This document shows positions 30,538 to 39,997 of a DNA stretch of 64,000 bases, piece after piece (positions within the stretch are counted from its first letter, which is position 1; every line of letters begins with the position of its first letter). The DNA lies in the NCBI GenBank assembly GCA_017522765.1, contig JAFWYG010000005.1, forward strand, positions 571,048 to 635,047, in the 5' to 3' direction. The notes beneath the pieces were generated by a model. That model did not search any database. It was not told where the DNA came from and was given only the letters and a program-made list of their open reading frames with translations. This stretch comes from Clostridia bacterium (GTDB lineage: Bacteria; Bacillota; Clostridia; TANB77; UBA1234). The translations under genes and the position numbers were made by a program.

Positions 30538-30990
30538 TTATATATTCATTTCTTCAAACGGTGGAAATTGTTTTTCATCAATTAATTTAGTTAGGGCACT
30601 TACTTTTTGAAGTGCGTCTTCTTTTTGATTTTCTGTTATCAATCCCGCTGCAAGTGCCTCATCCAACTCTTCTACATCAACAACTTCGTATATACCATCT
30701 TCATGAATTATTACATCTACTAATAAATCTATCAATGTTATTGAATCTTCATCTTTAATGTGCTCGATGATATCGCAATACCAGTATAATAAGTTGTTGT
30801 TGTGATCGTAGAATTTGCTTATTTTCCAGCCTTTATCTAGCATAGTGTATGACACACCTCTCCCCACATCTGTGCGTGGTTTTATCGGAAGCCATTTTGT
30901 CACTAATAATTTTTCATCTTGATAAACAATCTCATCAGCAGAGATATCTATTATTTCATTTGGAATGTATCTTTTTCTATATATTTTCAT
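30538..30990 (-). CDS. DUF402/FomD-like protein, hypothetical
   Basis: C-terminal LIDLLVDVIIHEDGIYEVVDVEELDEA pattern typical of DUF402. Confidence 0.4.
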   Translation of the reverse strand: MKIYRKRYIPNEIIDISADEIVYQDEKLLVTKWLPIKPRTDVGRGVSYTMLDKGWKISKFYDHNNNLLYWYCDIIEHIKDEDSITLIDLLVDVIIHEDGIYEVVDVEELDEALAAGLITENQKEDALQKVSALTKLIDEKQFPPFEEMNI

Positions 30991-31067
30991 ACGAATTCCT
31001 CTTCTCTTTAGTTAGTTTCTTTATATTTTAATATTTGATATATGATATTGCAATAGGCTTTTTAAAA

Positions 31068-31150
31068 CAGGGACGCCCCTTGTTATAAAAAATTTAATAA
31101 TAAGGACTGTCCCCGTTGTCAAAATTTTTACAACAAGGGGCGTCCCTCTG
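31068..31150. repeat. Copy B (three units) of the AACAAGG-RSY-GTCCCC palindromic repeat family
   Basis: gggacgccccttgtt ... aaggactgtccccgttg ... aacaaggggcgtccc. The outer units are perfect complements. Confidence 0.6.
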
Positions 31151-31204
31151 TAAAAAAAAGAGACAGTTGCATTAAAGCAACTGCCTCTAAAAAGAAATCG
31201 TTAT

Positions 31205-32797
31205 TTATTTTTCTTCTTTTTTGTCTTTAATAATTTTTTTAGGTTCTTCGTTTGAAACGTTATTTACTAGAAGTCCTTTTGCAGGTTCAGTAATACTTCC
31301 TACTAGACCACTAATTTCTTCGTTGAATGATTTGCCATTTAAAGCTTTGTTTTCAACGTCTAATTTTTTCATTAATTCAGGAACATTTGCTAGTGTGTCT
31401 AATAACACATTACCTGTTCCGCCACCTTGTGGTCCACCATTGATATTAACGAACTCAGCGTTCTTACCAATGTCAGCCATGATTTGTGCTGTCTTTGTAG
31501 CAATTTCTACTTTAGCATTCATTTCAATCTTCAAACGTTCAATTTCGAAGTTAACTTTTTCATTAGATGCACGGGCGTCAGCAAGAGCTTTCTCACCTTC
31601 AGCCATAGCAAGTAATTTAACTCTTTCAGCTTCAGCTTCAGCCAAACCTTTTTGTTTGATGATTTCAGCTTCAACTAAACCTTTTTGTTTTACAACGTCA
31701 GCTTCAGCAACACCGTTCATCTTAGTAACTTCGGCTGATGCTTGACCTTCTTTTTTAGCTTTTTCTGCTTCAGCATCTGCAGTAATTTTGATAGCAGTAG
31801 CTTCACGTTCAGCAACTTCTACTAAGTTGTCTGCGTTAATGTTATTAACGTTTGCTTGTGCTTCAGCTTCGATCATTGCTTTTTCTTTAGCAGCGTTTGC
31901 TTCAGTTAATAATACTTCTTTACGTTTTAATGCAGCTAAGTTAGCTTGTTCTTGTCTAACAACTTCTACATGACCTTCTTCTTCAGCGATATCACGCATA
32001 CGAATTGTTGTTTGAAGTTGTCCGGCAATCATAGCGTCAGCATTAGCTTTATCTGTTTCTGCCTTATATTCAGCTTTTTTCAAGTTGTTGTCTCTTTGTT
32101 TTTCTGCAATAGCAAGTGCAGAATCTAATTCTGATTGAGAAGCGATTTGCTCAGATTCAGCTTTTTGTTTACGAACTTCTTGTTCAACAACAGCTTTTTT
32201 CTTAGCAGCTTCACGATGTTTATCTTGCATATCTAATGCAGCGATGTCATCATAGTATCCATTCTTATCTGAAATATCTTGGATGTTTAGTGATACAAGT
32301 TCCATACCCATGTTAATCATTTCGTCATTAACTGTATTCTTAACTTTTTGAGCGAACTCAACTTTATCTCTAAGAACGGCTTCTGGTGTCATGGAAGCAA
32401 CGATGTCACGAACCGCACCAGTAAGTGTTAATTTAACGTCTTGGATAATACCTTCTTGACCTCTTTCTTTAAATGACACAATCGCTTTTTTCAAGTTTTC
32501 AATATTTGATGTATCTGGTCTGATTTGGGCTGTCCAGTCTGTGATGATTGGAACAGATGTTACTGTACGAATTTCGTCTTTGTCAGCTCGTACTGTTAAC
32601 ATACACAAATCAAAATATGTAGCTTTTCTGAAAATAGGAATTACAAAACTACCTCCAGAAACAACTATCTTTGGTTTCTTTCCACCTGTAATAATTAACG
32701 CTTTGTCAATGTCGGCAACACGATAAATCATACATAGGAAAATAATAAATGCTAGTACTGCACCACCAATGATGCAAGCTAATGTCATAATATCCAT
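31205..32797 (-). CDS. Flotillin-like SPFH/band-7 protein
   Basis: N-terminal TM, SPFH domain and a long A/E/K-rich coiled coil (FloT/YuaG-like). Confidence 0.85.
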   Translation of the reverse strand: MDIMTLACIIGGAVLAFIIFLCMIYRVADIDKALIITGGKKPKIVVSGGSFVIPIFRKATYFDLCMLTVRADKDEIRTVTSVPIITDWTAQIRPDTSNIENLKKAIVSFKERGQEGIIQDVKLTLTGAVRDIVASMTPEAVLRDKVEFAQKVKNTVNDEMINMGMELVSLNIQDISDKNGYYDDIAALDMQDKHREAAKKKAVVEQEVRKQKAESEQIASQSELDSALAIAEKQRDNNLKKAEYKAETDKANADAMIAGQLQTTIRMRDIAEEEGHVEVVRQEQANLAALKRKEVLLTEANAAKEKAMIEAEAQANVNNINADNLVEVAEREATAIKITADAEAEKAKKEGQASAEVTKMNGVAEADVVKQKGLVEAEIIKQKGLAEAEAERVKLLAMAEGEKALADARASNEKVNFEIERLKIEMNAKVEIATKTAQIMADIGKNAEFVNINGGPQGGGTGNVLLDTLANVPELMKKLDVENKALNGKSFNEEISGLVGSITEPAKGLLVNNVSNEEPKKIIKDKKEEK

Positions 32798-33132
32798 AAC
32801 GATTTCCTCCTTTGTTTATGTGATATATTTTAAAAATTAAATTTCCAATAATTTCTAACTACAATGATATTATACGCCTCTAATTTTTAACCGTCAACAC
32901 ATTTTTGCTCGCAAACCCTTGATACAAGCGGATTTGAGCTGTGCAAAACTTGATTTACTACTTACGGAAATAAAGGGTTTGCGGACTCAAAAATTCAAAA
33001 AAAATTTTTTTATTTTATTTTTTTGAATTTTTACCGTTTTTTAGACTTTTTTCGCGCAAAAAAATCCCGCTAAACGCTTATTCCCTAAGGAATTGCTGCA
33101 ATTTAGCAGGATAGATTTTGTGTGAATTTTTT

Positions 33133-33220
33133 GTAACAAGGAGTGTCCCCAACTCGCGAAATTTTTAATTAGGGGACGCTCCTTGTTATCAAAATTTTAA
33201 CAACAAGGACTGTCCCTAGT
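33133..33220. repeat. Copy C (three units) of the AACAAGG-RSY-GTCCCC palindromic repeat family
   Basis: aacaaggagtgtcccc ... ggggacgctccttgtt ... aacaaggactgtccc. Confidence 0.6.
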
Positions 33221-33800
33221 CGCGAAAATCGCGCATTGAGTAGCCTAGTTTTTTTAGTTCATTATAGATTTTGTTTATAGGTAACCCTACCATTGATTTG
33301 TAGTCTCCAATTAGTTCTGTTATAAATAAGGCTGCACATTCGTCTGCAACATATCCAGCACAGTCATATATGTTTGGTTGATTATCTATATACCAATTAA
33401 TCTCATCATCAGATAATTCTTGAAGTTTTACTTTCACGTTATCTGTGAAACTTACCGTCTTATTTTGATATAAGTCTATTATTGTTACACCAGTAATAAA
33501 GTCATTTCCTTTACCTGATAGTTCGCTCATAAAGTTAAATGCTTCTTCTCTATCTTTTGGTTTTTCAAATCTTTTATTGTTCATGTGTCCAATCGTATCT
33601 GCAGCAAGTACTATACCCTCTTTGCATCTCTTTGCTACATCTTCAGCTTTTTCTTTAGAAAGCTCTAACACATACTCTTCTGGATTTGTGTATTCTATAT
33701 TTTCATCGCAATCACTTGGTATTGCTTCACATACAAAACCAGACATCTCCAATAATTGTTTTCTCCATTTTGATCCTGAAGCAAGTATTAATTTAGCCAT
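33216..33800 (-). CDS. maf: Maf-like nucleotide pyrophosphatase
   Basis: LILASGSKWRKQLL N-terminus and the Maf family pattern. Confidence 0.85.
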   Translation of the reverse strand: MAKLILASGSKWRKQLLEMSGFVCEAIPSDCDENIEYTNPEEYVLELSKEKAEDVAKRCKEGIVLAADTIGHMNNKRFEKPKDREEAFNFMSELSGKGNDFITGVTIIDLYQNKTVSFTDNVKVKLQELSDDEINWYIDNQPNIYDCAGYVADECAALFITELIGDYKSMVGLPINKIYNELKKLGYSMRDFRD

Positions 33801-33830
33801 TTAAATCCCCCATTTCTTGATGCAATTATA

Positions 33831-34864
33831 CTATTTAGTATTATAAATCTCAACACCTTGATAATAGTACTTTATTATTTCTTCATACGTAGCTCCAGTC
33901 TTTGCCATGGCATTTGCTCCTTCTTGACTCATTCCGACGCCATGGCCATAACCAATAGTTTTAAATGTCACATCGCCCGATTCGCTATATACTATTTCAA
34001 AATCAGTCGAGCGAAGACCTAATAGACTGCGTAGTGATGTTGCTTTTACCTCATGAATTCCCGCCTTTAAAGTATCTATTCTATTACTCCCTGTATATCC
34101 TAAGACTTCTAACTTTTCACCACTATAGTTAGGATACTTACTTTTTAATTTTGAAGTTAAATCTGCTTGTGAAATAGTTAGTGCATCTTCATAAAGATAA
34201 TCCTCTTTAGCCGGAACACTCTTTAAATATGGAATTTCTTCGTTTCCCCAAACGTATTTTACATCTTCAGTTGCACGTCCACTGTGCGCATGAAAGTATG
34301 CTGCAACTATATCTCCGCTATAAGTAATATATTCCCCAGAAGTTAAATTCACTGCTTTACAAAGTTTTTCCCATTTTGCATTTTCTTCATTGTCATCCCA
34401 AGAAGAAAATGCATACTCTTTTGTTTTAAAGCACTGGCAACAATTTATATCATCACACATGTCCGCACCATTATGTGCTGACGGATTATATTTTAGCTTA
34501 TGCATGGTGTATGATCTAGCAACTAACGCTTGTGCCTTAAGCGCTTCAAGCTCATAAGTAGACGGTACTTCGCCTATCAATACTCCCACCAAATAATCTT
34601 CAAAAGGCATCTCTACAATTTTATTTTCACCGGTTAATAGTAATTTGATATTTTCTTTTTCTTCTATATTTATAGTATCTAAATTATTAGTATCCTTACT
34701 TTCTTCAGGCAACTTGTCTCCACCAATTAATTCTTTTAGCCCTTCTAATACATCTATGTTTTTCACAAATTCACCAGCATCTACAATTAACATATCTCTT
34801 AAAAACAAGCTAGGTGTAGCAAAGCAAATAATCATAAATATAAAAAAGAACACAATAAATCTCA
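33831..34864 (-). CDS. spoIID: SpoIID/LytB domain protein
   Basis: C-terminal GYGHGVGMSQEGANAMAKTG motif. The start was moved to the internal ATG (MRFIVFFF) after a GGAGG RBS, because the longer ORF would overlap rplT. Confidence 0.75.
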
Positions 34865-34983
34865 TAACTCGTCCAACCTCCATTGATAAATTGTATGAGG
34901 ACAAGTTAAATTTAGAACAACAGATTTGTCCTATCTTGGACAAAAAAAAGAGACATCCGAAGATGTCTCGTAAGTTTTTAAAC

Positions 34984-35331
34984 TTATTTAGTAGCTGCAG
35001 CAACAACTTGTGCGAAACCAGCTGGATCATTAACAGCCATTTCAGCAAGCATTTTTCTGTTGATGTTGATGTTAGCTTTTTTCATTCCATTGATTAATGT
35101 GCTGTAGTTAACACCATTTGCTCTAGCACCTGCATTGATTCTTGAAATCCAAAGTTTTCTGAAATCTCTTTTCTTTAACTTTCTTCCAACATATGCATAT
35201 TGTAAAGATTTCATTACAGCTTGTTTAGCCATTCTGAATCTTGTGCTTTTTGCGCCATAATAACCTTTAGCCATTTTTAAAACTTTTTTATGTTTTTTTC
35301 TAGTAATAACCGCTGTTTTTACTCTTGCCAT
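34984..35331 (-). CDS. rplT: 50S ribosomal protein L20
   Basis: [16 protein letters not shown]... is canonical L20. Confidence 0.95.
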   Translation of the reverse strand: MARVKTAVITRKKHKKVLKMAKGYYGAKSTRFRMAKQAVMKSLQYAYVGRKLKKRDFRKLWISRINAGARANGVNYSTLINGMKKANININRKMLAEMAVNDPAGFAQVVAAATK

Positions 35332-35365
35332 TTTTCATTAACCTCCTATATATATTCTCTTTAAA

Positions 35366-35563
35366 TTAAGCGTATGGTAGCATTTTCTTAACGTTTGCTT
35401 CCATTGTCTTGTCAACTGTTGTTGGTCTTCTAAGTCTTGCTTTTCTCTTAGCTGTTTTTGCATTTAATAAATGTCTTCTGTTCATTCTGTTTCTTTTAAT
35501 TTTTCCTGTACCTGTTAAGCTAACTCTTTTTGCAGTAGCTCTGTGTGTTTTCATTTTAGGCAT
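35366..35563 (-). CDS. rpmI: 50S ribosomal protein L35
   Basis: MPKMKTHRATAKRV... is canonical L35. Confidence 0.95.
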   Translation of the reverse strand: MPKMKTHRATAKRVSLTGTGKIKRNRMNRRHLLNAKTAKRKARLRRPTTVDKTMEANVKKMLPYA

Positions 35564-35600
35564 GATTTTCTTACTCCCTTCAAATATATTAATAATTAAA

Positions 35601-36125
35601 TTATTGTTGGTTTTTTGGATTAATCATAAGTATCATACTTCTGCCTTCAAGTTTTGGAGCTTTATCTACTGAACCTACATCACTTAGTGCTTCAGCAAAT
35701 TTAGTCAAAACGCTTGCGCCAAAAGCTGTGTTATTAACTTCTCTACCCTTAAACTTAATCGTTGCTTTAACTTTGTCACCAGACTCTAAGAATTTTCTAG
35801 CATTTTTTGCTTTGAATTCAAAGTCGTGTGTGTCAATTGTTGATGACAAACGAATTTCTTTAACTTCAACAATTTTTTGTTTCTTTTTAGATTCTTTTTC
35901 TTTTCTAGCTTGCTCATATTTGTATTTACCATAGTTCATGATTTTACAAACTACAGGATTTGCATTAGAAGCAACCTCTACTAAATCTAATTCCTTTTCT
36001 TCAGCTATTTTCAAAGCTTCAGCAATTGGTAACACTCCAAGTTGCTCTCCGTTTTCATCAATAACCTTAACTTCTTTAGCTACGATTTCCTCGTTTATAG
36101 AAAGTTCTTGTTTGATACAAATCAA
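35601..36125 (-). CDS. infC: Translation initiation factor IF-3 (non-ATG, ATT-type start)
   Basis: Typical IF-3 sequence. GGGAGG RBS followed by TTG ATT. The start codon is probably AUU, as is usual for infC. Confidence 0.9.
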   Translation of the reverse strand: MICIKQELSINEEIVAKEVKVIDENGEQLGVLPIAEALKIAEEKELDLVEVASNANPVVCKIMNYGKYKYEQARKEKESKKKQKIVEVKEIRLSSTIDTHDFEFKAKNARKFLESGDKVKATIKFKGREVNNTAFGASVLTKFAEALSDVGSVDKAPKLEGRSMILMINPKNQQ

Positions 36126-36170
36126 CCTCCCTTAAATTTATAAAGCCCTATGCTCATATTGGGCATAAAA

Positions 36171-36198
36171 AAAGACTTAAGATCAATCTTAAGTCATA
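36171..36198 (-). terminator. Leader terminator/attenuator upstream of infC (consistent with an L20-responsive leader)
   Basis: Perfect 10-bp stem gacttaagat/atcttaagtc, followed on the minus strand by TTTTTTT, about 45 nt before the infC RBS. Confidence 0.5.
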
Positions 36199-36376
36199 CC
36201 ACACAAAAATAACTCGTAAAATAAATACTAATTATTAACCGTTCATATCTCTTTATGACGGTGAGAAGTGGTTGACTTCTTCTTGACTGGTCCTATTATA
36301 ACCCCCTATTTATTTAATGTCAAGCATAAAGTTGGAGATTTTTGGGACTTTTTAGTATTCTTTTGCCATATTTTGG

Positions 36377-37015
36377 TTATTTAATTTTAACTCCTATTAG
36401 ATATAATAAGTCACCCGCCTGATACTCGCCTATTTCGGCTCCACGGATGTCTTCTATAGATATGTTTAGTCCACTAATTATTGCATCAGATAAGTCGATT
36501 CCTTTTAATGATGTCTTGAAGAAATTCGCACTCGTTAAATCAGCTTCTTTAAACACGATGTTTTTTAGCTTATTTTCTTGAAAGTTTGCACTTTTAAGTC
36601 CTGTATTATTAAATAGTATATTTTCTATACTTGCCAAAGATAAATTTGCGTAATTCATATTTGTCTCTGCAAAACAAACATTATACAATCTGCTATCTAC
36701 GAAGTTGCATCCTGTAAGTTTGCAATTATTAAATTCACATCTTACAAAACTAGAATTTTCAAATGAAGTATTTGAAAAGTTGCAATTAACAAATTCTACG
36801 TCTGTAAAGCTACTCTTTTCTAGATTTCCACCAACTATAGAAACATTTTTCAAAACAGCTTTTTCTATAGATACTTCATTAACTCTAGGGTTTTCTATAA
36901 AGCAATTTTCCACCGACACATTTTCAAATTCTGCGTCATCAGTTAATTCTAATGCAAAATTTTCTATCACTTTTAATTTATCAAATAAAACTTTTTGTGG
37001 TTTTAATATATTCAT
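36377..37015 (-). CDS. Pentapeptide-repeat protein (Qnr/MfpA-like)
   Basis: Continuous A(D/N)LxX pentapeptide repeats across the whole protein. Confidence 0.8.
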   Translation of the reverse strand: MNILKPQKVLFDKLKVIENFALELTDDAEFENVSVENCFIENPRVNEVSIEKAVLKNVSIVGGNLEKSSFTDVEFVNCNFSNTSFENSSFVRCEFNNCKLTGCNFVDSRLYNVCFAETNMNYANLSLASIENILFNNTGLKSANFQENKLKNIVFKEADLTSANFFKTSLKGIDLSDAIISGLNISIEDIRGAEIGEYQAGDLLYLIGVKIK

Positions 37016-37281
37016 TATTTAAGCTTCTTCTCCCATACTTTTCTAACCGCTTTTAACGATAACGTAGATAGTTCAAAACCGATTACAGGCACTAAAGAAC
37101 TTAACCACACATTTGTGATTTTACTTATTGAGTATGAATAAATAATAACTACTACATACGTTAAAATTCCGATACAAACTTTTCTAGTACCACTTGTCTC
37201 CCACTTTTTATCTAGTTCTACTCTTGCATTTCTTGCTTTAATTTCTTGAATTTCTTTTTCTAAATTTTCCATATTATTCAC
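37015..37281 (-). CDS. Small membrane protein, hypothetical
   Basis: 88 aa with two TM segments. Sits between the ABC-F gene and the pentapeptide-repeat gene. Confidence 0.4.
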   Translation of the reverse strand: MNNMENLEKEIQEIKARNARVELDKKWETSGTRKVCIGILTYVVVIIYSYSISKITNVWLSSLVPVIGFELSTLSLKAVRKVWEKKLK

Positions 37282-37287
37282 TCCAGT

Positions 37288-38775
37288 TTATTTTTCTAAT
37301 ATAACAATTTTCGTTGCTACTTTTTCTATAAACACATCATCATGTTCTACAAATATAATTGTCGGCGCGTATTTTAATATCACTTCTTCAATCTGAACTT
37401 TTGTAACTATATCTATATAATTAAGTGGTTCATCCCATACATATATATTCGCAGATTCGCTTATACTTTTGGCAATCAAAACTTTCTTTTTTTGTCCTTC
37501 ACTAAAATCACTAATTTCTTTTTCAAAATCTATAGTTGTGAATCCCATCTTCGAAAGCATAGCTTTAAATACACTTTCATTTAAATTATTCTTTTCTGAA
37601 AAGTTTTTCAAAGTTCCTTTTAAGTCTGATGTGCTTTGAGAAACATACGAAATTTTCAAATCATTCGCAACTTTAAATTCGCCTTCAAAATCAATTTTTT
37701 CTCCCATTATTAATTTTAATATACTCGATTTCCCCACGCCATTTTTTCCAACTATAGCTAATCTATCTCCTTGTTTTACTTCAAAAGAAATTGGTGCGAA
37801 TATACTTTTCTCATCGTATTTTATTTGTAATTTATCAGCATATACAATCGGACTTTTCTTTGTTTCTATCGGAATCATTTTCAAATCATCTATTCTATCA
37901 ATGTTATTTAACAATTTAGATTTTTCATCAATTGCTTTTTCAATTCTTTGTTCCATAACCTTCGAACGTTTCATCATCTTAGCCGCTTTATGTCCAACAT
38001 ATCCTTTATCTACAAAACTACCAGAATTACTATCTGGAGCATGCTTTGACTTTTCAACTGCATTTGACCATTTTTCTGTATTTCTCGCTGCAACTTCTAG
38101 TCTGATAATATCTTTTTTTAGTTTTTCATTTTGTGTTATTTCGAAGTTATCTTGTCTATCTTTATTTTCTTGCCAAGAACTAAAATTCCCTTTTTGAATT
38201 GTTATATCAGTATTATTAATTGAAATAATATGATCAACAACTTTATCTAAGAAAACTCTATCATGAGAAACCAAAATAAACCCTTTTTTCTTATTCAGAT
38301 ATTCAACCAAATTGTTTCTGGTTTCTAAATCCAAATGATTCGTAGGTTCATCTATTAATAAAAAGTTATTTCTTTTCAAGAATAAACTAACAAGTAAAAT
38401 TTTAATTTGTTCTCCACCACTTAACGTGTTAAAACTTCTATATAATACTTCAGAATTTGTTTTTAGCAAATTTAATTCTTTAAAAATTTCCCAATCTTCT
38501 GCTTCAGGAGCAATTGAATTTACTATTTCTATAGTCATTTGATTATCATCTTTTACTTCGAAAGGAAAATAATCAAATGAAACATTTTTAGATATATTAC
38601 CTTTGTATTCATACTCACCTAAAAGGAGTTTCAAAAATGTTGTTTTTCCTTTCCCATTACGACCAATAAGTCCTAACTTCCAGTCTGTGTCTATATTTAA
38701 AGAAACATCTTCAAACACATTTTGCACGCTACCATCGTAACCAAATGTAAGATTTGTAACACTTATTAAAGACAT
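37288..38775 (-). CDS. ABC-F family ATPase (two ABC domains, no TM; ARE/ribosome-protection type)
   Basis: Two Walker A motifs (GRNGKGKTT and GKNGVGKSS) and a signature LSGGE, with an interdomain linker. RBS AGGAGG before the internal ATG (MSLISV). Confidence 0.85.
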   Translation of the reverse strand: MSLISVTNLTFGYDGSVQNVFEDVSLNIDTDWKLGLIGRNGKGKTTFLKLLLGEYEYKGNISKNVSFDYFPFEVKDDNQMTIEIVNSIAPEAEDWEIFKELNLLKTNSEVLYRSFNTLSGGEQIKILLVSLFLKRNNFLLIDEPTNHLDLETRNNLVEYLNKKKGFILVSHDRVFLDKVVDHIISINNTDITIQKGNFSSWQENKDRQDNFEITQNEKLKKDIIRLEVAARNTEKWSNAVEKSKHAPDSNSGSFVDKGYVGHKAAKMMKRSKVMEQRIEKAIDEKSKLLNNIDRIDDLKMIPIETKKSPIVYADKLQIKYDEKSIFAPISFEVKQGDRLAIVGKNGVGKSSILKLIMGEKIDFEGEFKVANDLKISYVSQSTSDLKGTLKNFSEKNNLNESVFKAMLSKMGFTTIDFEKEISDFSEGQKKKVLIAKSISESANIYVWDEPLNYIDIVTKVQIEEVILKYAPTIIFVEHDDVFIEKVATKIVILEK

Positions 38776-38809
38776 TGCTCCTCCTTTCATTAGTAAGTAT
38801 CCTTACCAT

Positions 38810-39379
38810 TTATATATTTAAACTTTTTAACTTTTCTGTAAGTCTTCTATAAATAGGTTTCATTTTTTCTTCTGTTGTATAATTTTCAACTTCATCAAAA
38901 TCTATCCATTTTACACCGCTGTTTTCATCTTCTTTTATTCTTAAAACCTCTTCTTCATCAGCTTCGAATAAGAATTCAACATCGAAATGAAGATGTGAAT
39001 TTACAATCTTACCTCTCTTAATATGGTTATCTACGGTAACAATATTTACACCATATATATCATCTTGCAAAAGTTTAATATTAGTTAATCCTGTTTCTTC
39101 TTCAATTTCTTTTTTTACAACGTGAAGTAAATCTTCATCTCCATCAGCATGTCCACCTACCCATGCCCAAGAGTCATAAATGTTGTGGTAAATCATAAGT
39201 AGTTTTGTTCTGTCTTTGTTTGTTATCCAAGCTGATGTTGTCATATGTGCGATTTTATTGTTTCTTGTTAATACATCTTCGTTGCTTGCAATAAAATCCA
39301 AAATAACAGCCTTGTCTTCGCTCTCCTTATCATCATAAGGAACATACCCAGAAATTTTTTCGTACAAATACTTATTCAT
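38810..39379 (-). CDS. NUDIX hydrolase
   Basis: GGHADGDEDLLHVVKKEIEEETGL Nudix box. Confidence 0.8.
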   Translation of the reverse strand: MNKYLYEKISGYVPYDDKESEDKAVILDFIASNEDVLTRNNKIAHMTTSAWITNKDRTKLLMIYHNIYDSWAWVGGHADGDEDLLHVVKKEIEEETGLTNIKLLQDDIYGVNIVTVDNHIKRGKIVNSHLHFDVEFLFEADEEEVLRIKEDENSGVKWIDFDEVENYTTEEKMKPIYRRLTEKLKSLNI

Positions 39380-39414
39380 AATAAACCTCCATTAAAAATT
39401 TAACTAATATTAAA

Positions 39415-39804
39415 TTAATCTTCTTTTTCTGTTAGTCTTTTCTTTTGCCAACTTTTTTCTTCGCAATTAGGGCATCTCATATATCTTGTTCTTCCCATAT
39501 GTGGAGCCCAAAGCACACTTGAATATGTTGGGACATGTCTATGTCCACATTTTCCACATTCATAAAAGCCTGTTTCTGCTTCAATTTTGATTCCAAAAGC
39601 ACAAGCAACAATAAGTTCTGCAACGGCTATTGTTATCATTGCGGTTTGCCATACTATGCTTTGAACCGCATACGCTGCTGCAAAAATTAACACAAGAAAA
39701 GAAAATAAAGCGATGTATACAATTACAAATTCATACATCAAAAACTTCTTGTTGGTTTCACGTTGTTCATTAATCTTTGCTTTTTTTCCAAACAAATCGA
39801 TCAT
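39415..39804 (-). CDS. Membrane protein with a C-terminal zinc-ribbon (CxxC...CxxC)
   Basis: Two TM segments, then YECGKCGHRH...MRCPNCEEKS. RBS GGAG before the internal ATG (MIDLFG). Confidence 0.5.
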   Translation of the reverse strand: MIDLFGKKAKINEQRETNKKFLMYEFVIVYIALFSFLVLIFAAAYAVQSIVWQTAMITIAVAELIVACAFGIKIEAETGFYECGKCGHRHVPTYSSVLWAPHMGRTRYMRCPNCEEKSWQKKRLTEKED

Positions 39805-39997
39805 AAAATCAACTCCTTTATAGCTAGAATCGCTTTCGCGCAATTCCGCCAAATTACGATAAAATTATACCATATAGAATGTAGAAAATAAACCTTCGTA
39901 CCAACAATTCTTTCGTTGATACGACCTTTCTTTGACTTTTCAAGATTTCCTTGGTATAATCCACCCGTACTAAATATTTATAAGGAGGAACGCTCTA

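Noticed and set aside
30490-30540. tmRNA (ssrA) next to smpB
   Set aside because: Only a 50-bp terminator separates smpB from the next gene, so there is no room for a ~350-nt tmRNA.
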